Shown in pieces: positions 9,430 through 18,275 of a stretch of 64,000 nucleotides of DNA; the stretch's first letter is position 1; every line of letters begins with the position of its first letter. The notes under the pieces are model-generated. The model did not search any database and was not told where the DNA came from. It saw only the letters and a list, made by a program, of their open reading frames with translations. The stretch is from Syntrophorhabdaceae bacterium. GTDB taxonomy: Bacteria > Desulfobacterota > Syntrophorhabdia > Syntrophorhabdales > Syntrophorhabdaceae. The position numbers and the translations under genes are program-made. Location: the NCBI GenBank assembly GCA_963666485.2, contig CAXXUO010000001.1:1184001-1248000 (forward strand), in the 5' to 3' direction.

Positions 9430-11319
9430 TTACGCTCTTTTCGAGAGCAATATGAGATTCTGGTCCGCCAATGTTTCGTATTTCTTTGAACGGGACAATT
9501 CTGCTATAAGGACGGGATCGGGGCGGTCGAGAACGAACACCATTGTGCCGCTGGGCTTCAGGTACGTCATCCCCCGTTTTATATACGCCTTTGTTGCATC
9601 GGCGACAGGGACCGTCTCTTCCCACGTGAGGCCCTGTGAGGGCTGGACAAATATGTAATCGAACGCTCCGTCGATAAGGAACGGGAATTCTATCTCGAGA
9701 TGAAAGAAACCGTTCTGCCTTGCGAGGGCCTTTGCCTGCACGAACCAGTCGCGCGCCGTCATCGCGTCCCATGGCCCACTGTCGGCGTCAAGCAGGGAAA
9801 GGCATTCCTGGATCTTCCGCTGATCGATCGTCTTAACAAAATATGTGGCTGTTATAAGGTCCATGATGTCCCTCAAACGGCCCAAGTGTTCGTCCAGTTT
9901 TTGCGACAACTCCCCCTTTATGACAACGTCTTCCTTGATCCTGTCGGAAAGCGAGGCGAACTGCCGGTACATGTTTCTTACATCTGCCACGATGTCAAGG
10001 GGGTTTTTGGCGAAGAGGCCCGCCTGGTCCTGCTTCGCCGCATGCGGGGTGATGTCGGACAGTGACATCCCGATAAGAGGGTTGCCTAACTTATAATTCA
10101 TGCTGTCGCACCCGTGGCGGTTCTTTAAAGCATGATGAAGAATATCGAACGAGATATGAGAACGCTCGATACCGTAGAGAACATTTTCGAGTATGGAGCA
10201 CTTCAGGCTCTTCTCATCCTCCCATTGGGCGATGAAGCCATTCCTTTCCCGGTAGGGAAGGACAAACGAGAGATATGCCAGGCATTCGACGATCTCGAGG
10301 GAAAGGTTGCCGAAGCCGGGCGTCATGTCGAGGACCTTGAGCGACAGGAGCGCGTCCTTTGTCCGGTCCTCGGGCGGGCGCATCGCAAATACCCTTTCGA
10401 GGTCGACACGGGGAATGCCGCCTTTTTTGCTGAGGAGAAAAGAAGATATGTCGGCGATATTGAAATCGTCGACCGTGTCGGGCGGGCTCTTCCGTTCCTG
10501 TACCCATACATCTTTTTCGGCAAGGTAATCCCGCGTTGAAACGAAAACATCATTCCCGAAGATATCCGAAAGCCCCCCGATTATGCGGGGGAAGATGTCC
10601 GTCTTTTTTCGAAAGCCTGCCGTGGATGTGCGAAGGGCTGCCTGTTTCTCCTTGAGACGCGTTATTATGGACTGCCTTTCGTTTTCATAGATTTTTTCGA
10701 GGGTCTGCGACAGGCCGTTGAGTGAAAAGACATTGCAGAAAAGACGCAGCGCGTCCCTGTCGTTCACCTCGACGGCCTCCTCGAGGTCTATCGAAAAAAC
10801 ACGCGTTTCATAGGACAGCGGCTTTTTCATCAGCATCCAGTGCTTCCCGTTGGTGAGGATGCCCCAGGGCGTTTTCGTGTTCTTGAGGTAATAGAACAGC
10901 TGGTATAAGGGGATGCCATTCTCGAAAGCGAGAAAAAAGCCGCTCACCCCTTCCTCGAGTTTGCGGCCGAACCGCTTGAGAAGAAGCACCCCGAGCGTGT
11001 TGGCGTAATATTCCGGGGTCCCCCACAGGGGCGATGTGCGGTCGCGTTCGGCATCGGTCGTGAAAAGGGCCGCATCCGGTCCCTTGATATGGTCGTCGAA
11101 ATACTTCGGTTTCGATTCATAGGAGAACCCGAGTATCTTCAGTATGGGTTTGATGAGGTGGATCTCGGTGTGTATCTCGCTCGCGAACTGCTTTATATCC
11201 TGGAACCGGGTCAGTATCTCGAGGAGCGAAACGTATACGAGGTCATCCTGGGGAAGGCCGAGGAGCTCTTCTATCCCGTGGCGGGAAATGAGCGAATTGC
11301 GCACGATGGTCGATTGCAT
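9430..11319 (-). CDS. Type IIG (Eco57I-like) restriction-modification homologue with degenerate catalytic motifs
   Basis: E..IKPILKILG, PDAALF, Q..YY...WGILTNG..W (REase part); LKVLDMTPGFGN, LYGIE, GNPLIG, FFHLEIEFP...FDYIFVQP (MTase fold). Confidence 0.72.
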   Translation of the reverse strand: MQSTIVRNSLISRHGIEELLGLPQDDLVYVSLLEILTRFQDIKQFASEIHTEIHLIKPILKILGFSYESKPKYFDDHIKGPDAALFTTDAERDRTSPLWGTPEYYANTLGVLLLKRFGRKLEEGVSGFFLAFENGIPLYQLFYYLKNTKTPWGILTNGKHWMLMKKPLSYETRVFSIDLEEAVEVNDRDALRLFCNVFSLNGLSQTLEKIYENERQSIITRLKEKQAALRTSTAGFRKKTDIFPRIIGGLSDIFGNDVFVSTRDYLAEKDVWVQERKSPPDTVDDFNIADISSFLLSKKGGIPRVDLERVFAMRPPEDRTKDALLSLKVLDMTPGFGNLSLEIVECLAYLSFVLPYRERNGFIAQWEDEKSLKCSILENVLYGIERSHISFDILHHALKNRHGCDSMNYKLGNPLIGMSLSDITPHAAKQDQAGLFAKNPLDIVADVRNMYRQFASLSDRIKEDVVIKGELSQKLDEHLGRLRDIMDLITATYFVKTIDQRKIQECLSLLDADSGPWDAMTARDWFVQAKALARQNGFFHLEIEFPFLIDGAFDYIFVQPSQGLTWEETVPVADATKAYIKRGMTYLKPSGTMVFVLDRPDPVLIAELSRSKKYETLADQNLILLSKRA

Positions 11320-11351
11320 ACGGTTGAAACATAATATAGGTTTGACAGTTC

Positions 11352-11609
11352 TTAGTCAAGGAAAGGCGCATCATCATTGTCTTTGTGAAAGTCCATGTCC
11401 TGTATGCGCTTTGCCTCCTTGAGCTTCATGAGAATAATGACGATGAGACCGGCGATGCCAATCCAGAAAAGCACGAGGGCCTGGTACAGGATATGCCGGT
11501 CGTACGGGGAGGCTGCCGGTTCAACAACGGTCGGCCCGGCGAAACAGACAACGGGTATCACAATAAGCATGATGAAAACGGTAAATGATCTGCACATCGT
11601 CCTGTCCAC
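11352..11609 (-). CDS. Small membrane protein (CcmD-like C-terminal helix)
   Basis: Signal-like N-terminus, one TM helix (LFWIGIAGLIVII) and a charged tail; abuts the cytochrome b stop. Confidence 0.65.
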   Translation of the reverse strand: MDRTMCRSFTVFIMLIVIPVVCFAGPTVVEPAASPYDRHILYQALVLFWIGIAGLIVIILMKLKEAKRIQDMDFHKDNDDAPFLD

Positions 11610-12674
11610 CTATTTTAAGAAAGCGATGATCGTCATTGCCACGAAATAGACGAGGTAAAAAACCGTAATATATGTAAAGACCGGGCTCGGTTTGCCGGCT
11701 GACGACCTCTTGTCCAGGAACGGCACCAGGAAGACGAACAGGACGCCAAGGGAGATCGCGGATATAGCGATCGTTTCACCGTTCATGCCCGCTATCTCGC
11801 CGGGGAAAAGCTTCAAGGTCTGGAAGACGAAGAGGAAGTACCATTCCGGTTTTATGTTTTCCGGCGCAGGCGCCATCGGGTCTGCCTTCGTCCCTATCGA
11901 TGCAGGAAAGACGACTGCAAGGGTGACGACGACGCCCGTGCACAGGAGCCAGACGATAAGGTCCTTGTAAAAAACATTCGGGAAAAATGGCTGCGGTCTT
12001 CCCTGCCGGTCTTTCTGGGACAGGGGGACGCTCATGCCGTGGACCTGGACGAGCAGCACGTGGACCCCGATGATGACAAGGCTTATCATGGGCAGGACGC
12101 TGACATGAAAGGCATAGAACCGCGTCAGGGTCTCCTGCGTGACGTCAAAGCCGCCGCGCAGGAATATCTTGATGGCCGGGCCGATGAGCGGAAGGTTCCC
12201 TGCGCCTCCCGTCGCAACGCGGATCGCCGTGAAGGCCCTTTCGTCCCAGACAAGAAAATATCCGCTCAGCCCGAAAAAAACGAGAAGGGTGATCAGGATG
12301 AAGCCGGTTATCCATAACAGTTCGCGCGGCTTCCGGTATGCCTTCAGCAGGAAGTTGGCGAAAAAGTGAACGAACAGCGAGGCTATCGCAAGTTGCGCAC
12401 CCCAGTGGTGCAGCGACCGGAAGAACCAGCCCAGGGGGAGCTTCGTCATAATGTCGACAATGCTCTTGTGGGCGTATTCGGAATGGGGGATGTAGTACAG
12501 GGCAAGGCCCATGCCTGTCATGAATTGCATGACAAAAAGGAAGAGGGTCATCCCTCCCGTAAAATACGAGATGTCCCAGCGGTGCGACGGGACGTACTTT
12601 GCCCGGATGACCCGGCGCAGGCCATCCACGTCGTAGCGCTCGGTGATCCAGTCACTAAGCTTTCGGGAGTTCAA
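11610..12674 (-). CDS. petB: Cytochrome b subunit of a Rieske/cytb complex
   Basis: Heme-ligand His in RSLHHWG..HFF and FYAFHV..VHV; YRKPREL.W.TG; Qo-site PEWY. Confidence 0.93.
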   Translation of the reverse strand: MNSRKLSDWITERYDVDGLRRVIRAKYVPSHRWDISYFTGGMTLFLFVMQFMTGMGLALYYIPHSEYAHKSIVDIMTKLPLGWFFRSLHHWGAQLAIASLFVHFFANFLLKAYRKPRELLWITGFILITLLVFFGLSGYFLVWDERAFTAIRVATGGAGNLPLIGPAIKIFLRGGFDVTQETLTRFYAFHVSVLPMISLVIIGVHVLLVQVHGMSVPLSQKDRQGRPQPFFPNVFYKDLIVWLLCTGVVVTLAVVFPASIGTKADPMAPAPENIKPEWYFLFVFQTLKLFPGEIAGMNGETIAISAISLGVLFVFLVPFLDKRSSAGKPSPVFTYITVFYLVYFVAMTIIAFLK

Positions 12675-13125
12675 CCTTCACCCCTTTTTTCGCTATGACC
12701 AGTTTCGGCCCGTTCATGACGATCTCGAAGCATTCGAGAGGCCGCGGAGGGGGGCCCTCGATGTTCCTGCCGTTGTCATCGAACCACCCCTTGTGGCACG
12801 CGCAATAGAATTTTCGCACATCCGCCACGTAGGATATGTTGCACTCCATGTGCGTGCAGACCCCTTTCAGTGCGAGCATCGTACCGTCGGCTTTTTTCAG
12901 GAAAAAACCGGGTTTGCCGCCCCATGCGAACGTCTTTACGGTGTTTCCGGGTATGTCGACAAAATCGGCCGTGTTGAGAACGACAAAATCCGGCTCTTTC
13001 CCGACAGCGGGAAAGATGAACTTGAGGAAGGCGTAGATGCCCCCGGAGAGGACAGCGATAAGCCACCCGCCGAAGAGCGTGTTGAGAAATGTCCGCCGGC
13101 TGATGAGTGAATAGTTGAGTTTCAT
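12655..13125 (-). CDS. Rieske iron-sulfur protein
   Basis: Tat-like SRRTFL; CTHMEC and CACH boxes; GPPPRPL; ATG overlaps the sdhB stop. Confidence 0.93.
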   Translation of the reverse strand: MKLNYSLISRRTFLNTLFGGWLIAVLSGGIYAFLKFIFPAVGKEPDFVVLNTADFVDIPGNTVKTFAWGGKPGFFLKKADGTMLALKGVCTHMECNISYVADVRKFYCACHKGWFDDNGRNIEGPPPRPLECFEIVMNGPKLVIAKKGVKVELPKA

Positions 13126-13862
13126 CCGCGCATACCCAGCAATTTCTTTGCCCTCTTTACGAAAAGCTTCTTCCTCAGGTCGATTATCGCATCGGTCGGC
13201 CGCACATCTTTCGGGCATGCCTCGATGCACTTAAGGACTGTATCACAGCCCCAGACCCCGTGCTCGCTGTCTATCTCGTCGAGTGCTGAGTCAGGGCGTT
13301 CATCGCGGGAATCGAGGACAAACCTCTCGAGCTTGGCGAGCGCCGCCGGCCCTAAGTATTCGGGGTCACGGGATATGACCGGGCACGCCCCGTAACAGCA
13401 TGCGCACAGGATGCAATTCACGAACTGGTCGATCTTTGCCCTGTCCTCCTCGCTTTGTTTCAATTCCTTTTCGGGGTCCTGACCTGACCGGTCAAGCCAT
13501 GGCCTTATCTTCTCGTACATCGTCCAGAACGGGGTCATGTCTACGACGAGGTCCTTTATGATCTCCATGTTCGGAAGGGGCTCGAGGATTATCGTGTCCG
13601 TCCCGAACGATGCCGCCTGCGTCCTGCAGGCAAGGTCTATCCTGCCGTTCATGACCATGGCGCAGGACCCGCAGACCGCAGACCTGCATGACGAACGGAA
13701 TGAAAGCGTCCCGTCTATCTCGTCGCGTATCCTGTTAAGAACGGCGAGGATGGTCAGCCCGGGCAGTACCCTGACCCGGTAGGTCTGGAACCTCGCTCCG
13801 TCCCCCGGTTTTTTCCTGTCGTAGCGCAGGATCTTGAAAGTGTATGCCGTGGCCCGTATCAA
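13122..13862 (-). CDS. sdhB: Succinate dehydrogenase/fumarate reductase iron-sulfur subunit
   Basis: SCRSAVCGSC..LAC, CILCACCYGACP, CDTVLKCIEACP; TTG start overlaps the sdhA stop. Confidence 0.95.
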   Translation of the reverse strand: MIRATAYTFKILRYDRKKPGDGARFQTYRVRVLPGLTILAVLNRIRDEIDGTLSFRSSCRSAVCGSCAMVMNGRIDLACRTQAASFGTDTIILEPLPNMEIIKDLVVDMTPFWTMYEKIRPWLDRSGQDPEKELKQSEEDRAKIDQFVNCILCACCYGACPVISRDPEYLGPAALAKLERFVLDSRDERPDSALDEIDSEHGVWGCDTVLKCIEACPKDVRPTDAIIDLRKKLFVKRAKKLLGMRG

Positions 13863-15568
13863 TACGTCCTCTCCATTGGCTTGAAACGGGTGATCGCAAC
13901 GTCCCTGTATGATATGTCCGGCATCCCGCTGCCATTCAGGCGGGCGATCGAATGCCTGAGCCATTTCTCGTCATCCCTTTTTGGAAAATCGGTCCGTGAA
14001 TGCGCCCCCCTGCTTTCTTCACGCAGGAAGGCCCCGCGGGCGATCGTCGAGGCCACGTCGAACATGTAATCGAGTTCGATGGCGTTCATGAGTTCATAGT
14101 TCATTGAAAGTGAGGACGAGGAGGTCCCGACATCCCGGTACCGCACCTTCAACGCCGCTATTTCTTCAAGGGCCTTCTGCGCGTCTGCCGCTGTCCGGAA
14201 GATGCCGGCGTACGTGCTCATCACCTTTGCGAGCTCCCCGTGGAGCTGAAATGTCTTTTCTTTCCCTCCGGCAACGAGGCCCCGGACCTTGTCCTCCAAG
14301 GCCGCCGCGGCACGCGCACAGGCCTTGTCATCCGGTGCTCTGCCGGAAGACGACAGGTACCGGTCGATGGCCGCCGCGGCTATCTTTCCGAACACGATCG
14401 TCTCGAGAAGCGAATTGCCGCCGAGCCTGTTGGCGCCGTGGACGCTGACGCAGGCACATTCGCCTGCCGCGAAGAAACCCCCTACCTCTGTCGCACACGT
14501 GGCGTCGGTATCGATCCCTCCCATGGAGTAATGCTGGCACGGCATAATGGGGATGGGTTCCCTGATGGGGTCAATACCTATAAAATCTATGCATATCTTC
14601 CGGATGCCCGGCAATTTTTCGGTGATCTTCTTCTCGCCGAGGTGCATGAGGTCGAGACGGATGTAGTTCCCGAGAGGATGCTCGAAGCAACGGCCTTCGT
14701 TGATCTCTGTCTGTATGCTCCGGGAGACTATGTCGCGGGGGGCAAGCTCCATGGCCTTCGGCGCATATTTCTCCATAAAGCGTTCACCCCGCGCATTGAC
14801 CAGGTAGCCGCCTTCGCCCCGGCAGGCCTCGGTCATCAATATGTTGGTCCCGATAAGCCCGGTCGGGTGGAACTGGACGAATTCCATGTCCTTGAGCGGC
14901 ACCCCGGCCCGAAATGCCATCCCGATCCCGCTCCCCGTATTGATAAGTGCGTTCGTCGAGTAGAAATAGACCCGTCCGTAACCCCCGGTCGCAAAAAGGG
15001 TCGCCTTAGCGGCGAGCGAGACGATCTCCCCGTTCATGAGGTCGAAGGCGACGACGCCATGGCAGGTTTTCCCGTCAACCACAAGGGATGTTACGTGCCA
15101 TTCCGGGTATATCGTGACGCCGAGGCTCACCGCCTTTTCGAACAGCGTGTTCAAAAGAACATGCCCGGTCAGGTCCGCGGAGTAGCAGGTTCTCGGGTAC
15201 CCTGCCCCGCCGAAAGGCCGCTGGGCGATGGTGCCGTCCGGGAGGCGGCTGAACGGGCACCCCCAGTGCTCCATCTCGTAGACGATCCCGGGGGCTTCCC
15301 TGCACATGATCTCCACCGCATCCTGATCTGCGAGGTAGTCGCTCCCTTTTACCGTGTCGAAGGCATGCTTTTCCCAGGAGTCGTCGGCTGCGTCCGGGTT
15401 GTTCCCGAGGGCAGCGTTTATGCCGCCCTGGGCGGCGATGGAATGGGACCTCAAGGGGTGGACCTTGGACAGGAGCACGACATCGTACTTCCCGCAAAGT
15501 CCCACGGCGGCGCGAAGCCCTGCAAGGCCGCCCCCGACTATGATGACATCATGGGTACGCGTTATCAT
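13859..15568 (-). CDS. sdhA: Succinate dehydrogenase/fumarate reductase flavoprotein
   Basis: GGGLAG; RSHSIAAQGG (covalent FAD His); QFHPTG; LAPRD; HYSMGG; HGANRLGGNSL; REESRGAH. Confidence 0.96.
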   Translation of the reverse strand: MITRTHDVIIVGGGLAGLRAAVGLCGKYDVVLLSKVHPLRSHSIAAQGGINAALGNNPDAADDSWEKHAFDTVKGSDYLADQDAVEIMCREAPGIVYEMEHWGCPFSRLPDGTIAQRPFGGAGYPRTCYSADLTGHVLLNTLFEKAVSLGVTIYPEWHVTSLVVDGKTCHGVVAFDLMNGEIVSLAAKATLFATGGYGRVYFYSTNALINTGSGIGMAFRAGVPLKDMEFVQFHPTGLIGTNILMTEACRGEGGYLVNARGERFMEKYAPKAMELAPRDIVSRSIQTEINEGRCFEHPLGNYIRLDLMHLGEKKITEKLPGIRKICIDFIGIDPIREPIPIMPCQHYSMGGIDTDATCATEVGGFFAAGECACVSVHGANRLGGNSLLETIVFGKIAAAAIDRYLSSSGRAPDDKACARAAAALEDKVRGLVAGGKEKTFQLHGELAKVMSTYAGIFRTAADAQKALEEIAALKVRYRDVGTSSSSLSMNYELMNAIELDYMFDVASTIARGAFLREESRGAHSRTDFPKRDDEKWLRHSIARLNGSGMPDISYRDVAITRFKPMERTY

Positions 15569-15870
15569 ACTGTGACGAAATACATGTAGAGTAAAAAAGC
15601 CGATATGGCCGACGCGGCGATATTGGCGGCGAGGAACAGCCGTTTTTCATTCCTGTACCCGAAGTCCATGACAATGGTCCTGATCCCGTACATGCTGTGG
15701 AACGTGAACAGTACGAGAACGAGGACATCGACGATAGGCTGGCGGTGGAGGCTGAGCGCCCAATCGGGCTTCTTGTCCTGCCCCATGAGGAAATAGCCGG
15801 TGAGCACCTTGATGCCGATAAGAACGATAAGCGCCGCTCCGCTTATCCTGTGAAAGAACCATATGAACAT
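15565..15870 (-). CDS. Succinate dehydrogenase membrane anchor (SdhC/D-like, 3 TM)
   Basis: FHRISG and FHSMYGIRTIVMD motifs; three hydrophobic helices; first gene of the sdh operon. Confidence 0.85.
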   Translation of the reverse strand: MFIWFFHRISGAALIVLIGIKVLTGYFLMGQDKKPDWALSLHRQPIVDVLVLVLFTFHSMYGIRTIVMDFGYRNEKRLFLAANIAASAISAFLLYMYFVTV

Positions 15871-15996
15871 TCATGCTCCTCGATCTGATGTGAGAACAAT
15901 ACCATAAAAGGGGCATTGAGTTCCATGCCGCATCGGGATGAAATTTGCTTTTTCCTATTTTGTTATTATAATGAAAAGAAAAAAACCGAGGCTCGC

Positions 15997-16491
15997 ATGG
16001 GTGATTACGACGACGATGAAAGGCCCGACTGGCGCGAACTTGACCGTCGCAGGGACAGGAGCACGTTTTACGGAAGGCAGGAAAAAGGCGCGGGGAAAAA
16101 GAAAGAGGCGCCGAAGGACCGCTGGCAGCAGGGCAGGGTGAAGGACGCCCTCGACCGGCTGTTCAAAGGGGAAAAAGGCACGCCGGAGCATGACAAATTG
16201 TACGCCCGGCTCCACAATGCCTACGGCTCCGACGCGTTTCCGAAGCAGGCCGAGAAATACGTCGCCAAGTACGGCCTCCCCGACGACGCGGCGACCCTCA
16301 TCCTTTTCCTCGACCTGAAAGACATCGATATATGCAACGGCACACTCGACAAACTTCTGACCATTTATAATGATCTGCAGCCCCGCCAGAAGGAAGATGC
16401 AAAACGCAAGATATCGATAGCTGCAATGGGGCACCGCATCAAAGAAGTACGTGTGAAAGCGGGAGAGGTGCTCGAACAGCTGGAAGAATAA
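15997..16491 (+). CDS. Hypothetical charged helical protein
   Basis: Clean ORF with a GAGG RBS (RPDWRELDRRRD N-terminus); no family recognised. Confidence 0.7.
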   Translation: MGDYDDDERPDWRELDRRRDRSTFYGRQEKGAGKKKEAPKDRWQQGRVKDALDRLFKGEKGTPEHDKLYARLHNAYGSDAFPKQAEKYVAKYGLPDDAATLILFLDLKDIDICNGTLDKLLTIYNDLQPRQKEDAKRKISIAAMGHRIKEVRVKAGEVLEQLEE

Positions 16492-16494
16492 AAC

Positions 16495-16601
16495 GGTTCA
16501 AGGTTCAAGGTTCAAAGTTCAAGGATTAAAAACTCAGCTAAAAACTAAATCCTGTAAGAGCGGAACCTTTACGGGATTGCCTTTTCATTGAACCTTGAAC
16601 C
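16495..16601. repeat. Heptamer array (RGTTCAA)n with an inverted partial copy
   Basis: GGTTCAA x3, AGTTCAA, GGATTAA at 16495-16529; TTGAACC x2 at 16588-16601; between convergent genes. Confidence 0.85.
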
Positions 16602-16605
16602 AGTT

Positions 16606-16797
16606 TTACCGGTTTTCACTAACGAATTTCTTAAACGACCGATCGTACGACGCTTCACCTTCCCTTGAAAAGAAGCAGCCGGGGAGCTGCTTCTTGCTTC
16701 TATGATACTCGACGCATTCGCAGCATTTGCCTCTCCGGAGACACCCTTCGTACGTACAGGTGCATGCCGCCATATTTTTCTCGAACGTGCATTCCAT
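16606..16797 (-). CDS. Small Cys-rich protein (DUF6485-like)
   Basis: CTCTYEGC.RRGKCCEC..YH....LPGCFF....E..YDRS; GGAGG RBS. Confidence 0.82.
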   Translation of the reverse strand: MECTFEKNMAACTCTYEGCLRRGKCCECVEYHRSKKQLPGCFFSREGEASYDRSFKKFVSENR

Positions 16798-16949
16798 CTT
16801 TCACCTCCATGATTTTCCCTGCAACCCGAGGCTCTCAGGAAAAGTTTCGCAGATATCATACCTGCCCGGGATGAAAAAATAAAATCTTTTGGGACTTTTT
16901 TGCATCTTTGAAAGTAATACCCCTTTATAAATCAGAACAGGGGGGCACA

Positions 16950-17630
16950 ATGTCGGTCATCAAGATAGGTCGTCTCGTATCATGCTGCATCATCAGGGAA
17001 GTGCCGGGCAAGGACATGTACCTCGCCCTCATCGAGGGTACGGGGCTCGTAGGCCACCTTCCAAAAAGTTCAACGTACAAAAATTATAAAGAGAGGGAGG
17101 AATGTACCGCCGCCGTATATGCTATACGCGACGGCAAGATCTTCCTGAGCCAGAGGTCGCCGCAGTTTTTTCGCCGCGTGGCCGAGGCGGCCCTTGCGCC
17201 GGCCATACGCGATGGGAAGATCCGGGTCAGGAGGGCGGCATCGATCGCGAACAGCGCGTTCGCCAAGGTGTCCATCGAAGGGCTCCGCGGGTACGATCCC
17301 CTCGGCATTGCGCTGCAATATCTCGACGGGGTGAGGAAATTTACAGAAGATACGATCACTATCGTCCGGTACAGTCCCGATATAAAGGAGTATATCGTCA
17401 ACGCACTCGTCCCTGCACCGATCGACAAGGTCGTGCAGGTCCTGTATTCCCGGAGCCTCCGCGAGGCGATCGTCAGGGTCGACCCTCATTACTGCGGCTT
17501 CTTTGTCGGTAAGGGCGGTGCAAACGTAGCGACGGCCGCAAAACTCCTCGATCTCAAGATCCTTGTAAAAGGTGCGGAGAGTTTGGCACGTGATGGGGAA
17601 AATGAAATGAGAATGGCACAGTGCTCCTGA
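16950..17630 (+). CDS. NusA-like protein (S1 + two KH), lacking the NusA N-terminal domain
   Basis: S1-like N-terminus (IFLSQRSPQF); ITIVRYS.DIKEYIVNALVPA; KH motif FVGKGGANVATAAKL. Confidence 0.75.
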   Translation: MSVIKIGRLVSCCIIREVPGKDMYLALIEGTGLVGHLPKSSTYKNYKEREECTAAVYAIRDGKIFLSQRSPQFFRRVAEAALAPAIRDGKIRVRRAASIANSAFAKVSIEGLRGYDPLGIALQYLDGVRKFTEDTITIVRYSPDIKEYIVNALVPAPIDKVVQVLYSRSLREAIVRVDPHYCGFFVGKGGANVATAAKLLDLKILVKGAESLARDGENEMRMAQCS

Positions 17631-17977
17631 TCCGCGGCCGCGCGCTTGCCGGGTTCCTTTTCGTTTTTCTGTGCTCCATGACCTGCTCCGTTCTGACCGT
17701 CACCGCGTATCACGCTTTTTTTGCACAGAAGACCGTGGTGATGGACATTGCCGGTTTTATCGCGTCGCAGAAAGAGGGGTATGTGACAGGGAAGATATCA
17801 GCGGGGGAACTTGTCGAAAATATAGATTCCCTCGTATCCCGAATGCATGCCCTGCAAAAGAGGCGCATCATGGTTATCGATCGTGCAGCGGCGAGATCTG
17901 TCAAAGAAGGGCCTGCGGCGATGGTCCCCGATCCTCCCGGTGACGACGACGATGACAGGGAGGGATGGCCGCCTTAA
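17621..17977 (+). CDS. Membrane-anchored hypothetical protein (possibly F-type TrbI-like)
   Basis: N-terminal TM followed by KTVVMDIAGF...IMVIDRAA; overlaps the NusA-like gene. Confidence 0.5.
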   Translation: MLLIRGRALAGFLFVFLCSMTCSVLTVTAYHAFFAQKTVVMDIAGFIASQKEGYVTGKISAGELVENIDSLVSRMHALQKRRIMVIDRAAARSVKEGPAAMVPDPPGDDDDDREGWPP

Positions 17978-18029
17978 AATGCCTGGAACTGAAATGGCGC
18001 TGCTAGTATGCTAAACTTACGGTGACAGC

Positions 18030-18248
18030 ATGGAAAACGTGAAGAAATGTCCTCATTGCGGGGGGACGAACATGACGGAGGGGGTCAGGGTCAACCAGAC
18101 AGCCGAGGCCGGCGATATAGGCCTCGCCTACAAGGCAAAATTCCTCTTGACCGGGACGGAAGCATTATATGCCGATGTATGCAAACAGTGCGGTACCATC
18201 GTCCGCTTCTTCGTAAAGAAGCCGGACCGGGAATGGTACTGCAATTAA
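18030..18248 (+). CDS. Small zinc-ribbon protein
   Basis: CPHCG...CKQCG pairs in 72 aa. Confidence 0.78.
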   Translation: MENVKKCPHCGGTNMTEGVRVNQTAEAGDIGLAYKAKFLLTGTEALYADVCKQCGTIVRFFVKKPDREWYCN

Positions 18249-18275
18249 CCGCATATCTTTGAGATGTCGGCGGGA

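Noticed and set aside
9430..11319. Functional restriction-modification system, or a conventional pseudogene
   Set aside because: The catalytic motifs are substituted, so activity is doubtful, but the frame has no stops or frameshifts, so pseudogene status is not supported either.
14240..15589. 449-aa + strand ORF (also the long ORFs at 27757-28986 and 30756-31955)
   Set aside because: Antisense shadows of sdhA, the hybrid kinase and the hydrogenase; expected with GC-rich codon usage.
17995..18012. Sigma-54 promoter (TGGC...TGC) upstream of the Zn-ribbon gene
   Set aside because: The GG-to-GC spacing is 12 nt rather than the required 10.
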